From Candidatus Latescibacterota bacterium (GTDB taxonomy: Bacteria; Latescibacterota; CBDEFO01), in contig CBDEFO010000008.1 of assembly GCA_965237525.1 (NCBI GenBank), forward strand, positions 960,001 through 1,024,000: a stretch of 64,000 nt of DNA, read 5' to 3'. The notes beneath the pieces are model-generated. The model worked only from the letters and a program-made list of their open reading frames with translations. It made no database searches and had not been told where the DNA came from. Of this stretch, positions 31,220-41,722 are shown one piece after another. Positions within the stretch are counted from its first letter, which is position 1; every line of letters begins with the position of its first letter. Both the position numbers and the translations under genes were made by a program.

Positions 31220-31242
31220 AAAAGAAACTGGAGTTACTCTAA
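30124..31242 (+). CDS. IS481-family transposase
   Basis: HTH; IQIDVK, QTDNGSQF, VERAHG. Confidence 0.85.
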   Translation: MENAISYSDVLVLNPNPVDLRIKMVQTAQLYGVSYAARAFNTTRKSIRKWLKRYLEDRSVKSLENHTKAPINPHSLLPEEIRKLIVKFRQTHPSLGYPYLLGFLQKQNVPTDQIPSKQTAYAIWKKHNLIKKRTRKWKRKALVCQWKKKLRPFEHIQIDVKHLCDIPNYLKQHYKTGAQLPMFEYTARDIKTGGLFVSLADEQSLINSCILAEALLQHLEDHKVYPRKIQTDNGSQFVNTKDALKKTLFTDLIQQRGVKHKRIPPGATTYQSDVERAHGLIEYEFYDTIKTTNRANLCRKLQTYQWLFNTQRHNSYKDFKSPLQITTQHQPTENLDPQLFNFPVLILDSLLSIFIKGGYHVPLPDKKKLELL

Positions 31243-32761
31243 AAGCCTTGTGAAATAGTTATGTCCCAGGCAGCGTCTGAAGCGCCGATTATGGGTCAAA
31301 GAGTAGCATATCGTATCGTTTTGCTGTGGAATAAGCAAAATAGTCTTATCAGAGTTCTGGTCAGCAAGGAATAGGAGCTGTTTGAAGAACAGGATGCACT
31401 GTCTTTGACAGACAGGGCACACATAGACGCTTTCCCCCTTCTTATGAAAGATACAAGCCTCTTGAGATTCTGTACTGTTGCAACAAGATTCAACTGTTCA
31501 TTCAGTGAGGCTGGTCCTCTGTAACGGGCTCGTCCCATACCGTGTTGTTGCCTGGCTTCAGCAAAGATATGTTCACTGCGTTTACGGAGTCTCCGGGAGA
31601 GTTTGTAGTCAGCTGTTAATGAGATAGACCGTGCATGATTTCTGGCTTTCGCCTCTCGCACTTTTCTATCCCGTTCGGCCTGAATATGTGCTGGATTTGT
31701 CTTGTTTTTCCATGTAGGAATCGGTTCAATCTTCTCATCGGCTCGCAGAGGAATATGGGGTATGATTCCCCGGTCAAGTACATCAGCGATAAAATTACCA
31801 GAACCGTAACCCGTATCGGCACTAAGTGTCTGAATGTCTTTGGGCATGGTCTATGTTTCAAGGTCATCTACCATCTTAAGGGCACTTTCGGGCTCTGCTG
31901 TCCCTGTCGCCTGCGTGCCCTGAGTCTCAAGGATTACTCTGCTTTTTGTGTCGATCAGATCATGGCCCATAAACGAGAGAAAAGCCCCTTTGCCCTTCGA
32001 TTTGCTGTATAAGCGCGCGTCGGGGTCTGTAGTCGAACGGTGTGTTTGGTTCGTCCACTTTTCACCATGAAAGTCTTTATCCTGAGGATGCCCGGACCTA
32101 CCCTTTGTCTTATCACCTTCAAAACCGATTCCCTTGAGATAATCATCAAGAGAAACAGGGGGTTCTATCGGCTCAATACTTTTCACTGAAGCATCAGCTT
32201 GTATCTGAGTGCCGTCGACACTAAGGTGTTTACCGCTCACAAGACCGACATCTATGCAACACTGGACTACCTGACGCATTATCCGTTCAAACAACCCACT
32301 GGATGCCCACTTGTGATTGCGAAGCTTGTTGATCGTGCTCCTATCCGGAACCGCATCATCAAATGTCTGATGACAAAACAACCGATATGCCGCATGCATC
32401 CCCACTTCCTGACAGAGCCGATTCTCACTCAAATTATACAGATAGCCAATAAGGATCATTCGAACAACTAATTCAGGATCAATACCGGGTCTGCCATTGT
32501 CAGGGCAATAACAATCTGATACAACGTCTCGTACAAATGAAAAATCAACTGCCTCATCAATCTGACGAAGGATATGATCCTCGGGAACTAAATCCTCCAT
32601 CTGAAAATAGTGAAACATCGGATTTGTCTGTTCCTGCTTTTGTGGGGTCATTGTTTCCTCCATGTATAATATTATCAATAACATAATATAATACATCGGA
32701 ACTGCTTTATCAATGCTTGTTCTATACTACTTTCTGAATCTAAGGGTTTTTCACAAGGCTT
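31243..32761 (-). mobile_element. IS1182-family IS (copy C, 1519 bp), transposase has internal TAG
   Basis: Same IRs as copy B; CTAA duplication at 31239-31242 and 32762-32765; TAG at 31851-31853 where copy B has TAC. Confidence 0.92.
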
Positions 32762-32933
32762 CTAATCTTCCCAAAAAGTGTTTTAAAAAAGATCATAGAG
32801 ATTAAATTCACAGTCTATGATAACAGTCGCGGTCACCTACTCAAGTCGCTTGACCTTCTTAAGGATACTTTATTATATTTCTGCCTAAAAGCCCGCCGTC
32901 CGATCACTCTTTTATTATTTCAAAGAGAAACCT

Positions 32934-33386
32934 ATGCCTTGATCCATTCGGAATTTAATCCTTTCAGGAGGGGTCGCCCACGATTATGAGACTACATCGG
33001 CTGTGCTCTCGGACATCCTCAAAGGCGCAAATGTGGAATCACAGACAAGTGAGGATATTAGCATCCTCAAGGACAAAGATCTGCAGGATTTCGATATAAT
33101 TACGCTAAACTGCGTAAGGTGGAGTTGCAGCCAGACTCCCGGATGGGAACAATGGGCTTATGAAATCAGCCCCCAAGAACAGGACGGAATACTCGGCTTC
33201 TTAGGCGCGGGTAAGGGACTCTTGGCCCTGCACGCGGCTCCTATCAACTTCGACATCTGGCCGGAATATCAAAAAATCCTGGGAGGATATTGGGAATGGG
33301 GAAAGAGCGTACATGGTCCCTATCAGCCCGGCAGCCATACTCGAACACACAATCTGTCAGAAATGGCGGGCTTTCTTTTTATATAG
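32934..33386 (+). pseudogene. ThuA-like (class I GATase-like) protein, nonsense at codon 3 and C-terminally truncated
   Basis: MP*SIRNLILSGGVAHDY in frame with GKGLLALHAA...WPEYQKILGG. Confidence 0.7.
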
Positions 33387-33451
33387 TATTTATAGAATAG
33401 TTTATGGACACTAAATTATTGTAGGATATATACGTTATCATTACAAAAAGG

Positions 33452-33480
33452 TTGACAAAGAGTAGGAGTCGTCATATATT
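33452..33480 (+). promoter_or_regulatory. Sigma70-type promoter
   Basis: TTGACA-17 nt-TATATT. Confidence 0.55.
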
Positions 33481-33601
33481 AATTGGTCATAGGAGCATCT
33501 CTTAGTTGAGGGTAAAAGTGCTGCAAGGAAACGCACCCCCAATATACCTCCTGTGGTCATACGTTACGAACTTATGTTAACGGTATCCTGGACAGGAAGC
33601 A

Positions 33602-34275
33602 GTGAGTACAATGATGAAAGATAAAGATAAGACAAAAGAGCAACCCATAGATGAATTGGTAGAAATGCGCAAACAGATTAATGACTTACAGGAGAGCAAC
33701 CAGCGTTTCTCCAAGATCTTTGAGTACTCCAATGATGCAATATTCCTAATTGATCCAGATCGAGATGAAATCCTTGAGGTTAATCCCAAAGCTGGCAGTA
33801 TGCTGGGGTATTCTCGCAAGGAATTATTGTCCATAGGTATATCTGACGTTCATCCTGGTGAGATGCCCAAGTTGCAGGCCTTTGCACAATCAGTTTTTGA
33901 ACAGGGGCACGGATGGACTAATGAGCTCGTTTGTCTGACCAAAACAAAAGAGGTTCTTCCTTGCGAGATTTCAGCCTCGATTATTAATGTTGAAGGAAGG
34001 CGTTGCATAATCGCCATGGTTCGCGACATCACCGAGCGCAAGCAGGTAGAGGAGGCGCTGCAGGTGAAGCCCAAATAACTGTCAGCAGTCACCAATGCAA
34101 TGACAACCTTCCTCATGAGCGAGAACTGGCAAGACGCAACTGCTATTCTCCTGAGCAACGCCTTAGAGCAGACGAACAGTGAGTACGGATTTGCAGGGGC
34201 TGTCGTGGATGAGCCGGGAGGGCAAGTCTTACGTATCCTTTCTCACGAAGGTATCATCTGGGACAAACATAGATG
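33602..34275 (+). pseudogene. PAS(-GAF) N-terminal part of a sigma54 activator, broken by TAA and a probable deletion
   Basis: PAS with VRDITERK; reading through TAA 34076-34078 gives GAF-like LSAVTNAM...SEYGFAG. Confidence 0.7.
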
Positions 34276-35688
34276 AAGGGCGCAAAAGAAGAAGCTGAAA
34301 GAGCGTTGCAGCTTGTCGATTTTACGATTGAACGTGCCGCAGACTCTATCCTTTGGATTGATTCCGAAGCCCGCATTTACCGTGTTAATGAGGCAACCTG
34401 CCGGAGTCTCGGTTACTCACAGGATGAACTGCTTTCCATGACGGTTCACGATTTCGACTTGGAATTCCCGGAAGATGTTTGGCCGGAGGCTTGGGCAAAA
34501 CTCAAGGAATGCAAGGTGCTTACCCTTGAAACGCACTTTCAATCAAAGGAGGGTCGGATATTTCCTGTTGAAGTCACAGCCAACCATATCGAATATGAAG
34601 GGAAAGAATATTCGTGTAGCTTTGTTCGCGATATTACGGAGCGCAAGCGGGCGGAGGAAGCGCTCCGTAATGCACTAGCTGAGGCTGAACAGTTGAAAAA
34701 CCGCCTTCAAGCAGAAAACATATACCTACAAGACGAGATTAAGATTGAACATAACTTCGAGGAAATCATCAGCCGCAGTGAGGTGGTTAATAAAGTACTG
34801 CAGAAAGTTGAGCAGGTCGCCTCTACAGATGCCACAGTGCTGATTCTTGGTGAAACCGGTACCGGCAAGGAACTACTTGCCCGCGCTGTTCATAATATAA
34901 GCGCCCGCAGAGACCGACCGTTGATAAAGGTCAATTGTGCTGCCTTACCGACAAACCTCATCGAAAGTGAACTGTTCGGTTATGAAAAGGGGGCTTTCAC
35001 TGGCGCGCTTTCTCGCAAAATCGGGCGTTTTGAATTAGCCGATGGCGGAACGGTTTTTCTGGACGAGATCGGAGACCTGCGTATGGAATTGCAGGCAAAG
35101 CTCTTACGCGTTTTGGAGGAAGGGGAATTCGAGCGCCTGGGGAATCCACGCACCATTAAAATTGACGTTCGTGTCATTGCAGCCACTAACCGTGATCTGG
35201 AAAAAGCCATAGAGAATGCCGATTTCCGTGAAGACCTCTACTATTGGCTGAATGTCTTTCCGATTAAAAGCCCCCCGCTTCGGGAACGCAAAGAAGATAT
35301 CCCCTTGCTGGTAAAACATTTTATCAGGAAGTATGGCGCGAAGACAGGGAAGAAGATAGAAACAATTCCGCAAAAGGTGATGGACACCCTGCAGGCTTAT
35401 CACTGGCCAGGTAATGTTCGGGAATTGGAAAACATCATTGAGCGGGCGGTGATCATTAGTGGGGCAAACCAACTCGAATTAGGTGATTGCTTTCCAAAAA
35501 GCGGTGCCTCATCCGGCGCGTTACACATCCCTACTCTGGAAGAGCTTGAGAGGGAGCATATCATTGAGGTTTTGGAGTTGACCGGTTGGCGAGTGAGCGG
35601 AAAAAAGGGGGTAGCAAAGATTTTGGGGATAAAACCAACGACTTTGGAAGCAAAGATGAAAAAACTAGGTATCAAGCGCAATAGATAA
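34273..35688 (+). CDS. PAS-domain sigma54-dependent transcriptional activator (FhlA/NtrC type)
   Basis: [26 protein letters not shown]-terminal HTH. Confidence 0.9.
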   Translation: MKGAKEEAERALQLVDFTIERAADSILWIDSEARIYRVNEATCRSLGYSQDELLSMTVHDFDLEFPEDVWPEAWAKLKECKVLTLETHFQSKEGRIFPVEVTANHIEYEGKEYSCSFVRDITERKRAEEALRNALAEAEQLKNRLQAENIYLQDEIKIEHNFEEIISRSEVVNKVLQKVEQVASTDATVLILGETGTGKELLARAVHNISARRDRPLIKVNCAALPTNLIESELFGYEKGAFTGALSRKIGRFELADGGTVFLDEIGDLRMELQAKLLRVLEEGEFERLGNPRTIKIDVRVIAATNRDLEKAIENADFREDLYYWLNVFPIKSPPLRERKEDIPLLVKHFIRKYGAKTGKKIETIPQKVMDTLQAYHWPGNVRELENIIERAVIISGANQLELGDCFPKSGASSGALHIPTLEELEREHIIEVLELTGWRVSGKKGVAKILGIKPTTLEAKMKKLGIKRNR

Positions 35689-35825
35689 AAATCCCAATAG
35701 TTTGTGAATTCCTAATATACTGGGATATCATTCAGTCCTTTTCAGAGACTGCCAAAGCATTTCAAGTATATATAAGTTAAATATCTTTGGCCATTTGGAA
35801 TATCTTCCAAATGGTTTTTTGTTTT

Positions 35826-35840
35826 TGGTATGGGATTTGC
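35826..35840 (+). promoter_or_regulatory. Sigma54 promoter upstream of thioredoxin
   Basis: TGGTAT-N5-TTGC; imperfect palindromes at ~35690-35728 could be enhancer sites. Confidence 0.6.
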
Positions 35841-35894
35841 AGTATATATGAACAGGCTAAAGATAGCAGAATGGAAAAACCGATAAGAGATGGA

Positions 35895-36238
35895 ATGATG
35901 AAAGAAAATACAATTTACATCACCCTGGCCGACACAAACTTCCAGAAAGAAGTGCTTGAGAGCACGCAACCTATTTTGGTGGAATTTGAGGCTGATTGGT
36001 GGGGACCATGTCATATTATGGCTCCAATAATAGAAGAATTGCCTCCTGATTTTAAAGGGCTCATTTCAATGGGGAAGCTGGATATTGACAACTATGAGGG
36101 AGTGGCTAAAGAGTACGGAATCTGGCATCTTCCCACATTCCTCTTTTTTAAGAATGGTCAGGTTGTAGATCATATCATTAAGGAATTGTTTCAAAGAATG
36201 ATCTAACACTCAGACTCAAAACCCTGTTACAACAGTAA
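35895..36238 (+). pseudogene. Thioredoxin, degenerate (WWGPC; frameshift near 36180)
   Basis: Thioredoxin fold motifs; alternative frame gives GIVSKNDLTLRLKTLLQQ*. Confidence 0.75.
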
Positions 36239-36367
36239 AGAACCCTCATGCAGAGCGGTGAGGGCTTTAAAACCTCAGTTCCTTAGGCTTCTCCATATTC
36301 ACAGTGCTTACAAAATACCAGGGTCATTTAGTTTTTTTCTTTTGGACGTTAGGATCGTTTCAGCAAC

Positions 36368-36450
36368 AGAATCGAGATTGCTTAGCTTCGTCTTTTGGTC
36401 ATTGCGAGGGGGTTCACCCCGAAGAAATCCCAGATAGATTCAATCGGGGA
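36368..36450. repeat. GTCATTGCGAG-type REP remnants plus family-A hairpin
   Basis: GAGATTGCTT..., GTCATTGCGAGG, then TCCCAGAT-AGATTCA-ATCGGGGA (36428-36450). Confidence 0.75.
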
Positions 36451-36470
36451 CCAACAAATCCGTTGAAACC

Positions 36471-37154
36471 ATGCTGATACGCGATGAATTAAAGGCAGAA
36501 AGGATTTTGAAGATACTTTTATGCCTGAGCACAACTCGCGGCGTCAAAGCATCCAATTTGGCTGAGAAGTTTAACATAACTCAGCGGACTATACATAGAG
36601 ACCTGATGTCTCTTTCCCGAGTAGGGGCACCCGTCTACAGCGATAGAGACGGATGGAAACTCCTTTCTTCATTTTCGCTCCCGACCATCGGGCTTTCTTT
36701 TGAGGAGGCCATAGCTTTGCACTTGGCGGCTTCGTCCGCTCCCCCACAGAAGATTCAACCTTTTTCCAAGCAGGTTGAATCTGCACTTTCGAAGATCAAA
36801 GAAACTTTTACAGATGCGGTCAGAAGGGACTTAGAGGAGGTCGTCGGCAGGATCGATATAGTACCTCAGACAAAAGCGGACGATTTCAAAAGCAAAACAT
36901 TGGACACTGTGTTCGACAGGGTGGGAAAATCTATATACAATGAGACCTCGATTATAGCTTCGTACCGCTCGGACTCCAGAGATGATCCCATAGAGCGCCG
37001 ATTGAACCCTTATGCTCTCTTCTTCCGTCGACATTTCTGGTATCTGGTGGCGTACGATCATAAAGATGAAAGAACGGAGACCTTCAGGATAAACAAATTC
37101 GAATGGGTAAAAAGAACAAAAACCAGATTCGATATACCAGAAGATTTCGATTGA
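36471..37154 (+). CDS. HTH-WYL transcriptional regulator, C-terminal (WCX) part missing
   Basis: RTIHRDL HTH; PYAL...WYLVAYD...FRINK; ends at PEDFD*. Confidence 0.8.
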   Translation: MLIRDELKAERILKILLCLSTTRGVKASNLAEKFNITQRTIHRDLMSLSRVGAPVYSDRDGWKLLSSFSLPTIGLSFEEAIALHLAASSAPPQKIQPFSKQVESALSKIKETFTDAVRRDLEEVVGRIDIVPQTKADDFKSKTLDTVFDRVGKSIYNETSIIASYRSDSRDDPIERRLNPYALFFRRHFWYLVAYDHKDERTETFRINKFEWVKRTKTRFDIPEDFD

Positions 37155-37227
37155 GTCCACACTTCTGTACATACCACCAAGGATTGGCAAAACCGTCAGT
37201 CACACAGAAAGCGTATTCATCACAGCA

Positions 37228-38826
37228 TCACGTCAGACCTACTATCTCATCTTTATCCATTTTCACCTCTATCAAAGTAGGCCTATCCATCTGGAGGGCC
37301 TCGGACAGGAGGGATTTAAGGTCTTCCAACTTGTCCACTCTCATCCCCTGTGCCCCGAGCGATCTGGCCAAGTCCACAAAGTCAGGGTTATAAATGTCGA
37401 TATCTATATACCTGCCGTCGCACGATCTGTTCTGAGCGCTCATTATCGAGCTTAAACAGCCATCGTTTATCACGACCGACACCACGTTAATCCCGTATTG
37501 CGCAGCTGTTGAAAGCTCCTGACAGGTCATCATAAATCCCGCGTCTCCGCTGAGCGAAACGACCTGCCTCTGTGGATATGCTAACTTTGCGCCTAATGCT
37601 GCCGGGAGTGCGTATCCCATCGCAGCATAAGTTGCCGAAAAGAGGAAGCTCCTGGGACAGTAAATTTCAAATTCCGATCGGGTTCGGTACCCTAATACCG
37701 TCACATCGACAGAAAGTATCGCATCCCGTTCCAGAACGTCTCTCAGGTCTGGGAGGATCGGAGCTTTGGTTCTCTCTTCAACCTTTTGACCTATCCTTAG
37801 GAGCGTAGGTTCCCAGCACCTGTTGGCGCGATCGCCCTTCAATTTCAGTTGGTCTATAAGCTGTTTTAAGACGGTCTTGACGTCCCCCACCACTCCCACT
37901 TCGACCGGATATTCTCTCCCTATCTCCTCCTCATCGCAGTCGATCTGTATCAACTGTTCGGGAAGTTCTAAAGACCAGCTCCTCGTATCTAACTCAGTGA
38001 AACGGCATCCGATCGCTAATACTGTTTCAGCTTCCGATAGGGCACTTCCAGCGACATGGCCGGCCATGTCGCCCAGAGCTGGTGGGTTGCCCTCAGGCAT
38101 AATCCCTTTGCCAAAACGGGTCGTGACAACAGGAGCTCCCAATAGTTTGGAGAGAAGGCAAAGCTCGTCCCGCGCATCTGACGTTACTACTCCCCTTCCG
38201 GCTAAAATTATAGGAAGTTCCGACCGTACTATCAGATCAGCCGCTGCCTCGATCTGCTCCATATCCCCCTCAATTCGTTCCATCTCCACCCTGTCGGGAA
38301 TATCGCAATCGGCTTCGGAGCTCGCGACATCGTTTGGAAGTTCGATCACCACAGGGCCAGGTCTGCCCGACCTTAAGACATCAAAGGCGGTCTCTATGAG
38401 CTTAGGTATCCCTTCGGCTGAATCCGCGCGGGCGCACCATTTAGTCATAGGCTCAAAAAATGACATCAGGTCGAGGCCGTGTATCAACTTGCTCTTATCT
38501 TTGGCAGCTAGCTTGACATCGGTCCCGCCGGCGATCAGCAGAACCGGGACACAGGCTGTGTAGGCCTCGCCTATCCCTGTAGCGGCGTTCGATGCACCGG
38601 GACCTGGGATGGTCAGCGCCACGCCTACGTCTCCTGTAGCCCTCGCATAGCCGTCAGCCATCAATGCGGCTCCCTGCTCGTGGCGGATGAGGACGCGATC
38701 GATCCCCTGACCCCGTCTGTATAGTGCGTCGTAGATATGGATATTATGAGTGCCCGGCATGCCGAATATCATACTGATACCCTGGGCTTTGAGGCACTCT
38801 ACAAGTATTTCCCCGCCAGTCATCAA
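37228..38826 (-). CDS. Thiamine-pyrophosphate enzyme (acetolactate-synthase-like)
   Basis: RHEQGAALMADGYAR, GDAG...N TPP motif. Confidence 0.92.
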   Translation of the reverse strand: MMTGGEILVECLKAQGISMIFGMPGTHNIHIYDALYRRGQGIDRVLIRHEQGAALMADGYARATGDVGVALTIPGPGASNAATGIGEAYTACVPVLLIAGGTDVKLAAKDKSKLIHGLDLMSFFEPMTKWCARADSAEGIPKLIETAFDVLRSGRPGPVVIELPNDVASSEADCDIPDRVEMERIEGDMEQIEAAADLIVRSELPIILAGRGVVTSDARDELCLLSKLLGAPVVTTRFGKGIMPEGNPPALGDMAGHVAGSALSEAETVLAIGCRFTELDTRSWSLELPEQLIQIDCDEEEIGREYPVEVGVVGDVKTVLKQLIDQLKLKGDRANRCWEPTLLRIGQKVEERTKAPILPDLRDVLERDAILSVDVTVLGYRTRSEFEIYCPRSFLFSATYAAMGYALPAALGAKLAYPQRQVVSLSGDAGFMMTCQELSTAAQYGINVVSVVINDGCLSSIMSAQNRSCDGRYIDIDIYNPDFVDLARSLGAQGMRVDKLEDLKSLLSEALQMDRPTLIEVKMDKDEIVGLT

Positions 38827-39047
38827 AGCTATCCTACCTTTCTGTACCTAACATAATCACTCAAACCGATAATATCTTTGCAATCTCAGGTAAAAAATAC
38901 GAACTTACCGCTTATAGATCAAGCAGAATCTGATATCATCTCAACGAAGGAGATGCAAAAATAGCTTGATTTTGGGGTCAGGTGAAAGTATTATATGTGT
39001 CGAGCAAGATATATTTTGAACATTCATAAACGGACAAATCCGACGTG

Positions 39048-39105
39048 TCAGACAAGAATGTCTGACCCACCAGTTGGTTAGTAGGACAGACATTCTTGTC
39101 TGTCC
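39048..39105. repeat. Inverted REP doublet
   Basis: CAGACAAGAATGTCTG ... GTAGGACAGACATTCTTGTCTGTCC. Confidence 0.75.
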
Positions 39106-39157
39106 TGAATGACCCACACATAAGGAAAGCCCTTACGAATAGAACAGGAGGCACAGT

Positions 39158-39712
39158 TTGGATCGCGAAAGTACTATGGAACTTCTGAAGAAACACACTA
39201 AAAGCGACAGTCTGATCAAACACGCCCTGGCTGTGGAGGCCGCCGTGCGAGCCTACGCCAATAAATACGGAGAAGACGAAGACAAATGGGGCATAGTCGG
39301 TCTCATCCACGACTTTGACTACGAGGAGAAACCGGACCCCAAGGATCATCCGATCAGAGGCTCTGAGATCCTCCGCGAAGAGGGCTACCCTGAGGACATC
39401 ATCTACGCCATCCTCTCGCACGCTCAATACCTGAACCTTGAGCGCAAGAGCCTTATGGACAAAGCCCTCTTTGCAGTTGACGAGCTTACGGGATTCATAA
39501 CTGCCGTCGCCCTGGTCAGACCTTCCAGAAGCGTGATGGACGTGAAGGTCAGCTCAGTCAAAAAGAAGATGAAAGCGAAGGCGTTTGCGGCCGGAGTCAG
39601 CAGAGAGGACATCAGACAGGGGACAGAGGAATTGGGCATAGATTTAGACGAGCACATAGACTTTGTGATAAAGGCGATGCAGGGCGTGGCAGATCAACTC
39701 GGGCTGGGATAA
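39158..39712 (+). CDS. HD-domain metal-dependent phosphohydrolase
   Basis: KHALAVE, IHDFDYE, AILSH, DELTG. Confidence 0.9.
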   Translation: MDRESTMELLKKHTKSDSLIKHALAVEAAVRAYANKYGEDEDKWGIVGLIHDFDYEEKPDPKDHPIRGSEILREEGYPEDIIYAILSHAQYLNLERKSLMDKALFAVDELTGFITAVALVRPSRSVMDVKVSSVKKKMKAKAFAAGVSREDIRQGTEELGIDLDEHIDFVIKAMQGVADQLGLG

Positions 39713-39806
39713 GCAGTAGACGCAATTCCCCGAACTTTCCAGATCGATAATAGACCTAAAAAGAAGCTGCGGGCCTAACGTTACATTATAAAAGGGGGAT
39801 AAATCC

Positions 39807-40337
39807 ATGCAGATACTTACATCCAATAGAGCGATAGTGTTAGCTGTTAGTCTCGCTCTGATCTTTGCTCTCGGTGTGATGACTTCGACAGCAGGGGAGA
39901 AGACAAAGGTCTCAGGGAAGATGACAGCCGCTTTCACTAAACAGGAAAAGGCTATTGTTGGTGATACTGAGGGTCACGTCATTGGCCTAAACGAGTCAGA
40001 AGGGACTAATGTCAGCACAGGCAAGCACAAGTTCATGGACGGCGCTCAGCTTGTTCTCATGGGATCCAGTGATCTTGTTAAGGGAACCGGGACTGAGCAG
40101 GGCTACGGAAAATTTACCCAAAATGGCGATGCCGTTTTCTTTAAATGGGAGGGAAAGCTTACGACGACCGTTTCTACTGAGGGCACCCATACCACCACAT
40201 TTGCAGGGACCTTCTCTTTTATCAAAGGGACAGGTCAGTTTGAGAACATCCACGGGAGTGGCACCTACAAAGGAAAGGCGATTTCAGAGACGAGCTGGAT
40301 TGCGAAATGGGAAGGCAAATACTCCGTTAAAAAGTAA
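39807..40337 (+). CDS. Secreted beta-rich hypothetical protein
   Basis: Signal peptide; GTGQFENIHGSGTY. Confidence 0.7.
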   Translation: MQILTSNRAIVLAVSLALIFALGVMTSTAGEKTKVSGKMTAAFTKQEKAIVGDTEGHVIGLNESEGTNVSTGKHKFMDGAQLVLMGSSDLVKGTGTEQGYGKFTQNGDAVFFKWEGKLTTTVSTEGTHTTTFAGTFSFIKGTGQFENIHGSGTYKGKAISETSWIAKWEGKYSVKK

Positions 40338-40642
40338 CAAAACAGTTTGATCGTTGGATTCTTTGTAGGACAATGCTGCAGGCCCGCGGCTTCTTAGATT
40401 AGCTTGCACTTGGATAAGTAGAACGCCCAATGTCACAGATAAGCCGGCAGACGGAAAATTGCAATTTGGACACGCTTTTCTTGATGTTTGATTCACTTTG
40501 TTGTATATTCTGCTCTAATTCGGTATATATGCTACGGATGAACTTTACTTCAGAAATGAACGAGTTATATGGAATTGCGCCCTATGAATAAGGTTTTTCA
40601 TGTGAATATAGGCTGTTGACAACCAAAGTTAGAGAATGCTAA

Positions 40643-41713
40643 ATGAATGAGTATTCCGGTCGCACATTACATCAAATCGGACCTTACATTGGAAAGATAA
40701 GACCTTCTCTGGCAAGACAACTTGTGACGCGGTACTCCACACCTGGCGATTGGGTTTGGGACCCATTCTGTGGATCAGGAACCATACCCCTCGAGTGCAG
40801 ACTTCTCTCAAGACATGTTATTGCAGCTGACATAAATCCCTATGCTTGTGCCTTGACAAGGGCTAAGCTGCACGCACCTATTTCAGAGAACGCTAGTCTT
40901 TCTCAATTGAACCTGGCAACAGAAGCATTCGAGAATCTATCACAAGAGAACACCGATCAAACACCACAATGGGTAGAAGAATTCTTTCACGCCCGGACGC
41001 TGAAGGAAACGAAAGACCTTATGACAGAATTTATGAGGAAGAAACAATACTTCAATGCTGGTTGCTTGCTCGGAATATTACATCATCAGAGACCTGGCTT
41101 TCTTTCATATCCAGCGAGTCATCTGGTTCCGTACCTCCGTGATCGGTTGTATCCACGTGATCGGTACCCTGAGGCCTACGAATATCGTGATCCGATCCCT
41201 CGTCTTGAAGCGAAGATCAAACGAGTGCTCGCTAACCCTCCTCTGCCTCTGGCTTCACGATACAAGGTACTTCAGAAATCGGCACTCGAAAAGTATTTGC
41301 CTGAGACATCTATAGATGCTGTCATAACCAGTCCGCCCTATATGAATGCTTTAGATTATGCAAGGGACAATCGGCTTCGTCTTTGGTTCCTAGGCTCAAG
41401 TGACTATAAGGAAATCAAAAACAAAGAGATAAGAAAAATCAGTAGCTTTGCGGAAGATATGTTTGTTGTTTTGCAGATGATGGCGCGAGTTATCAAGCCA
41501 CGAGGAATCTGCATTCTTGTTCTAGGAGATGTGACACGAACCAATAGGAAGTATGATCTGCCAATAATGATTTCTGACGTTATTGTGACTAGAGTAAAAG
41601 AACTGCGCCTCGAAAATCAATGGACTGAAAACGTTCCCTATCACAGCCGAACTCGTAGAAACGGACAAGCAACTCGAAACGAGACTGTTATGGTTTTCCG
41701 GAACAACGATTAG
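40643..41713 (+). CDS. DNA amino-methyltransferase, alpha order, probably N4-cytosine
   Basis: HQIGPYIGK, DPFCGSGT (motif I), long spacer, ITSPPY (motif IV). Confidence 0.88.
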   Translation: MNEYSGRTLHQIGPYIGKIRPSLARQLVTRYSTPGDWVWDPFCGSGTIPLECRLLSRHVIAADINPYACALTRAKLHAPISENASLSQLNLATEAFENLSQENTDQTPQWVEEFFHARTLKETKDLMTEFMRKKQYFNAGCLLGILHHQRPGFLSYPASHLVPYLRDRLYPRDRYPEAYEYRDPIPRLEAKIKRVLANPPLPLASRYKVLQKSALEKYLPETSIDAVITSPPYMNALDYARDNRLRLWFLGSSDYKEIKNKEIRKISSFAEDMFVVLQMMARVIKPRGICILVLGDVTRTNRKYDLPIMISDVIVTRVKELRLENQWTENVPYHSRTRRNGQATRNETVMVFRNND

Positions 41714-41722
41714 GAGGTAGTC

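Noticed and set aside
37823..38563. Long antisense/overlapping ORFs (also 2839-3501, 18844-19431, 58326-58967, 59329-59931)
   Set aside because: Shadows of well-supported genes on the opposite strand, with no motifs of their own
40643..41713. Classical type II restriction-modification system
   Set aside because: No adjacent endonuclease recognised; the partner gene is a kinase-ATPase fusion
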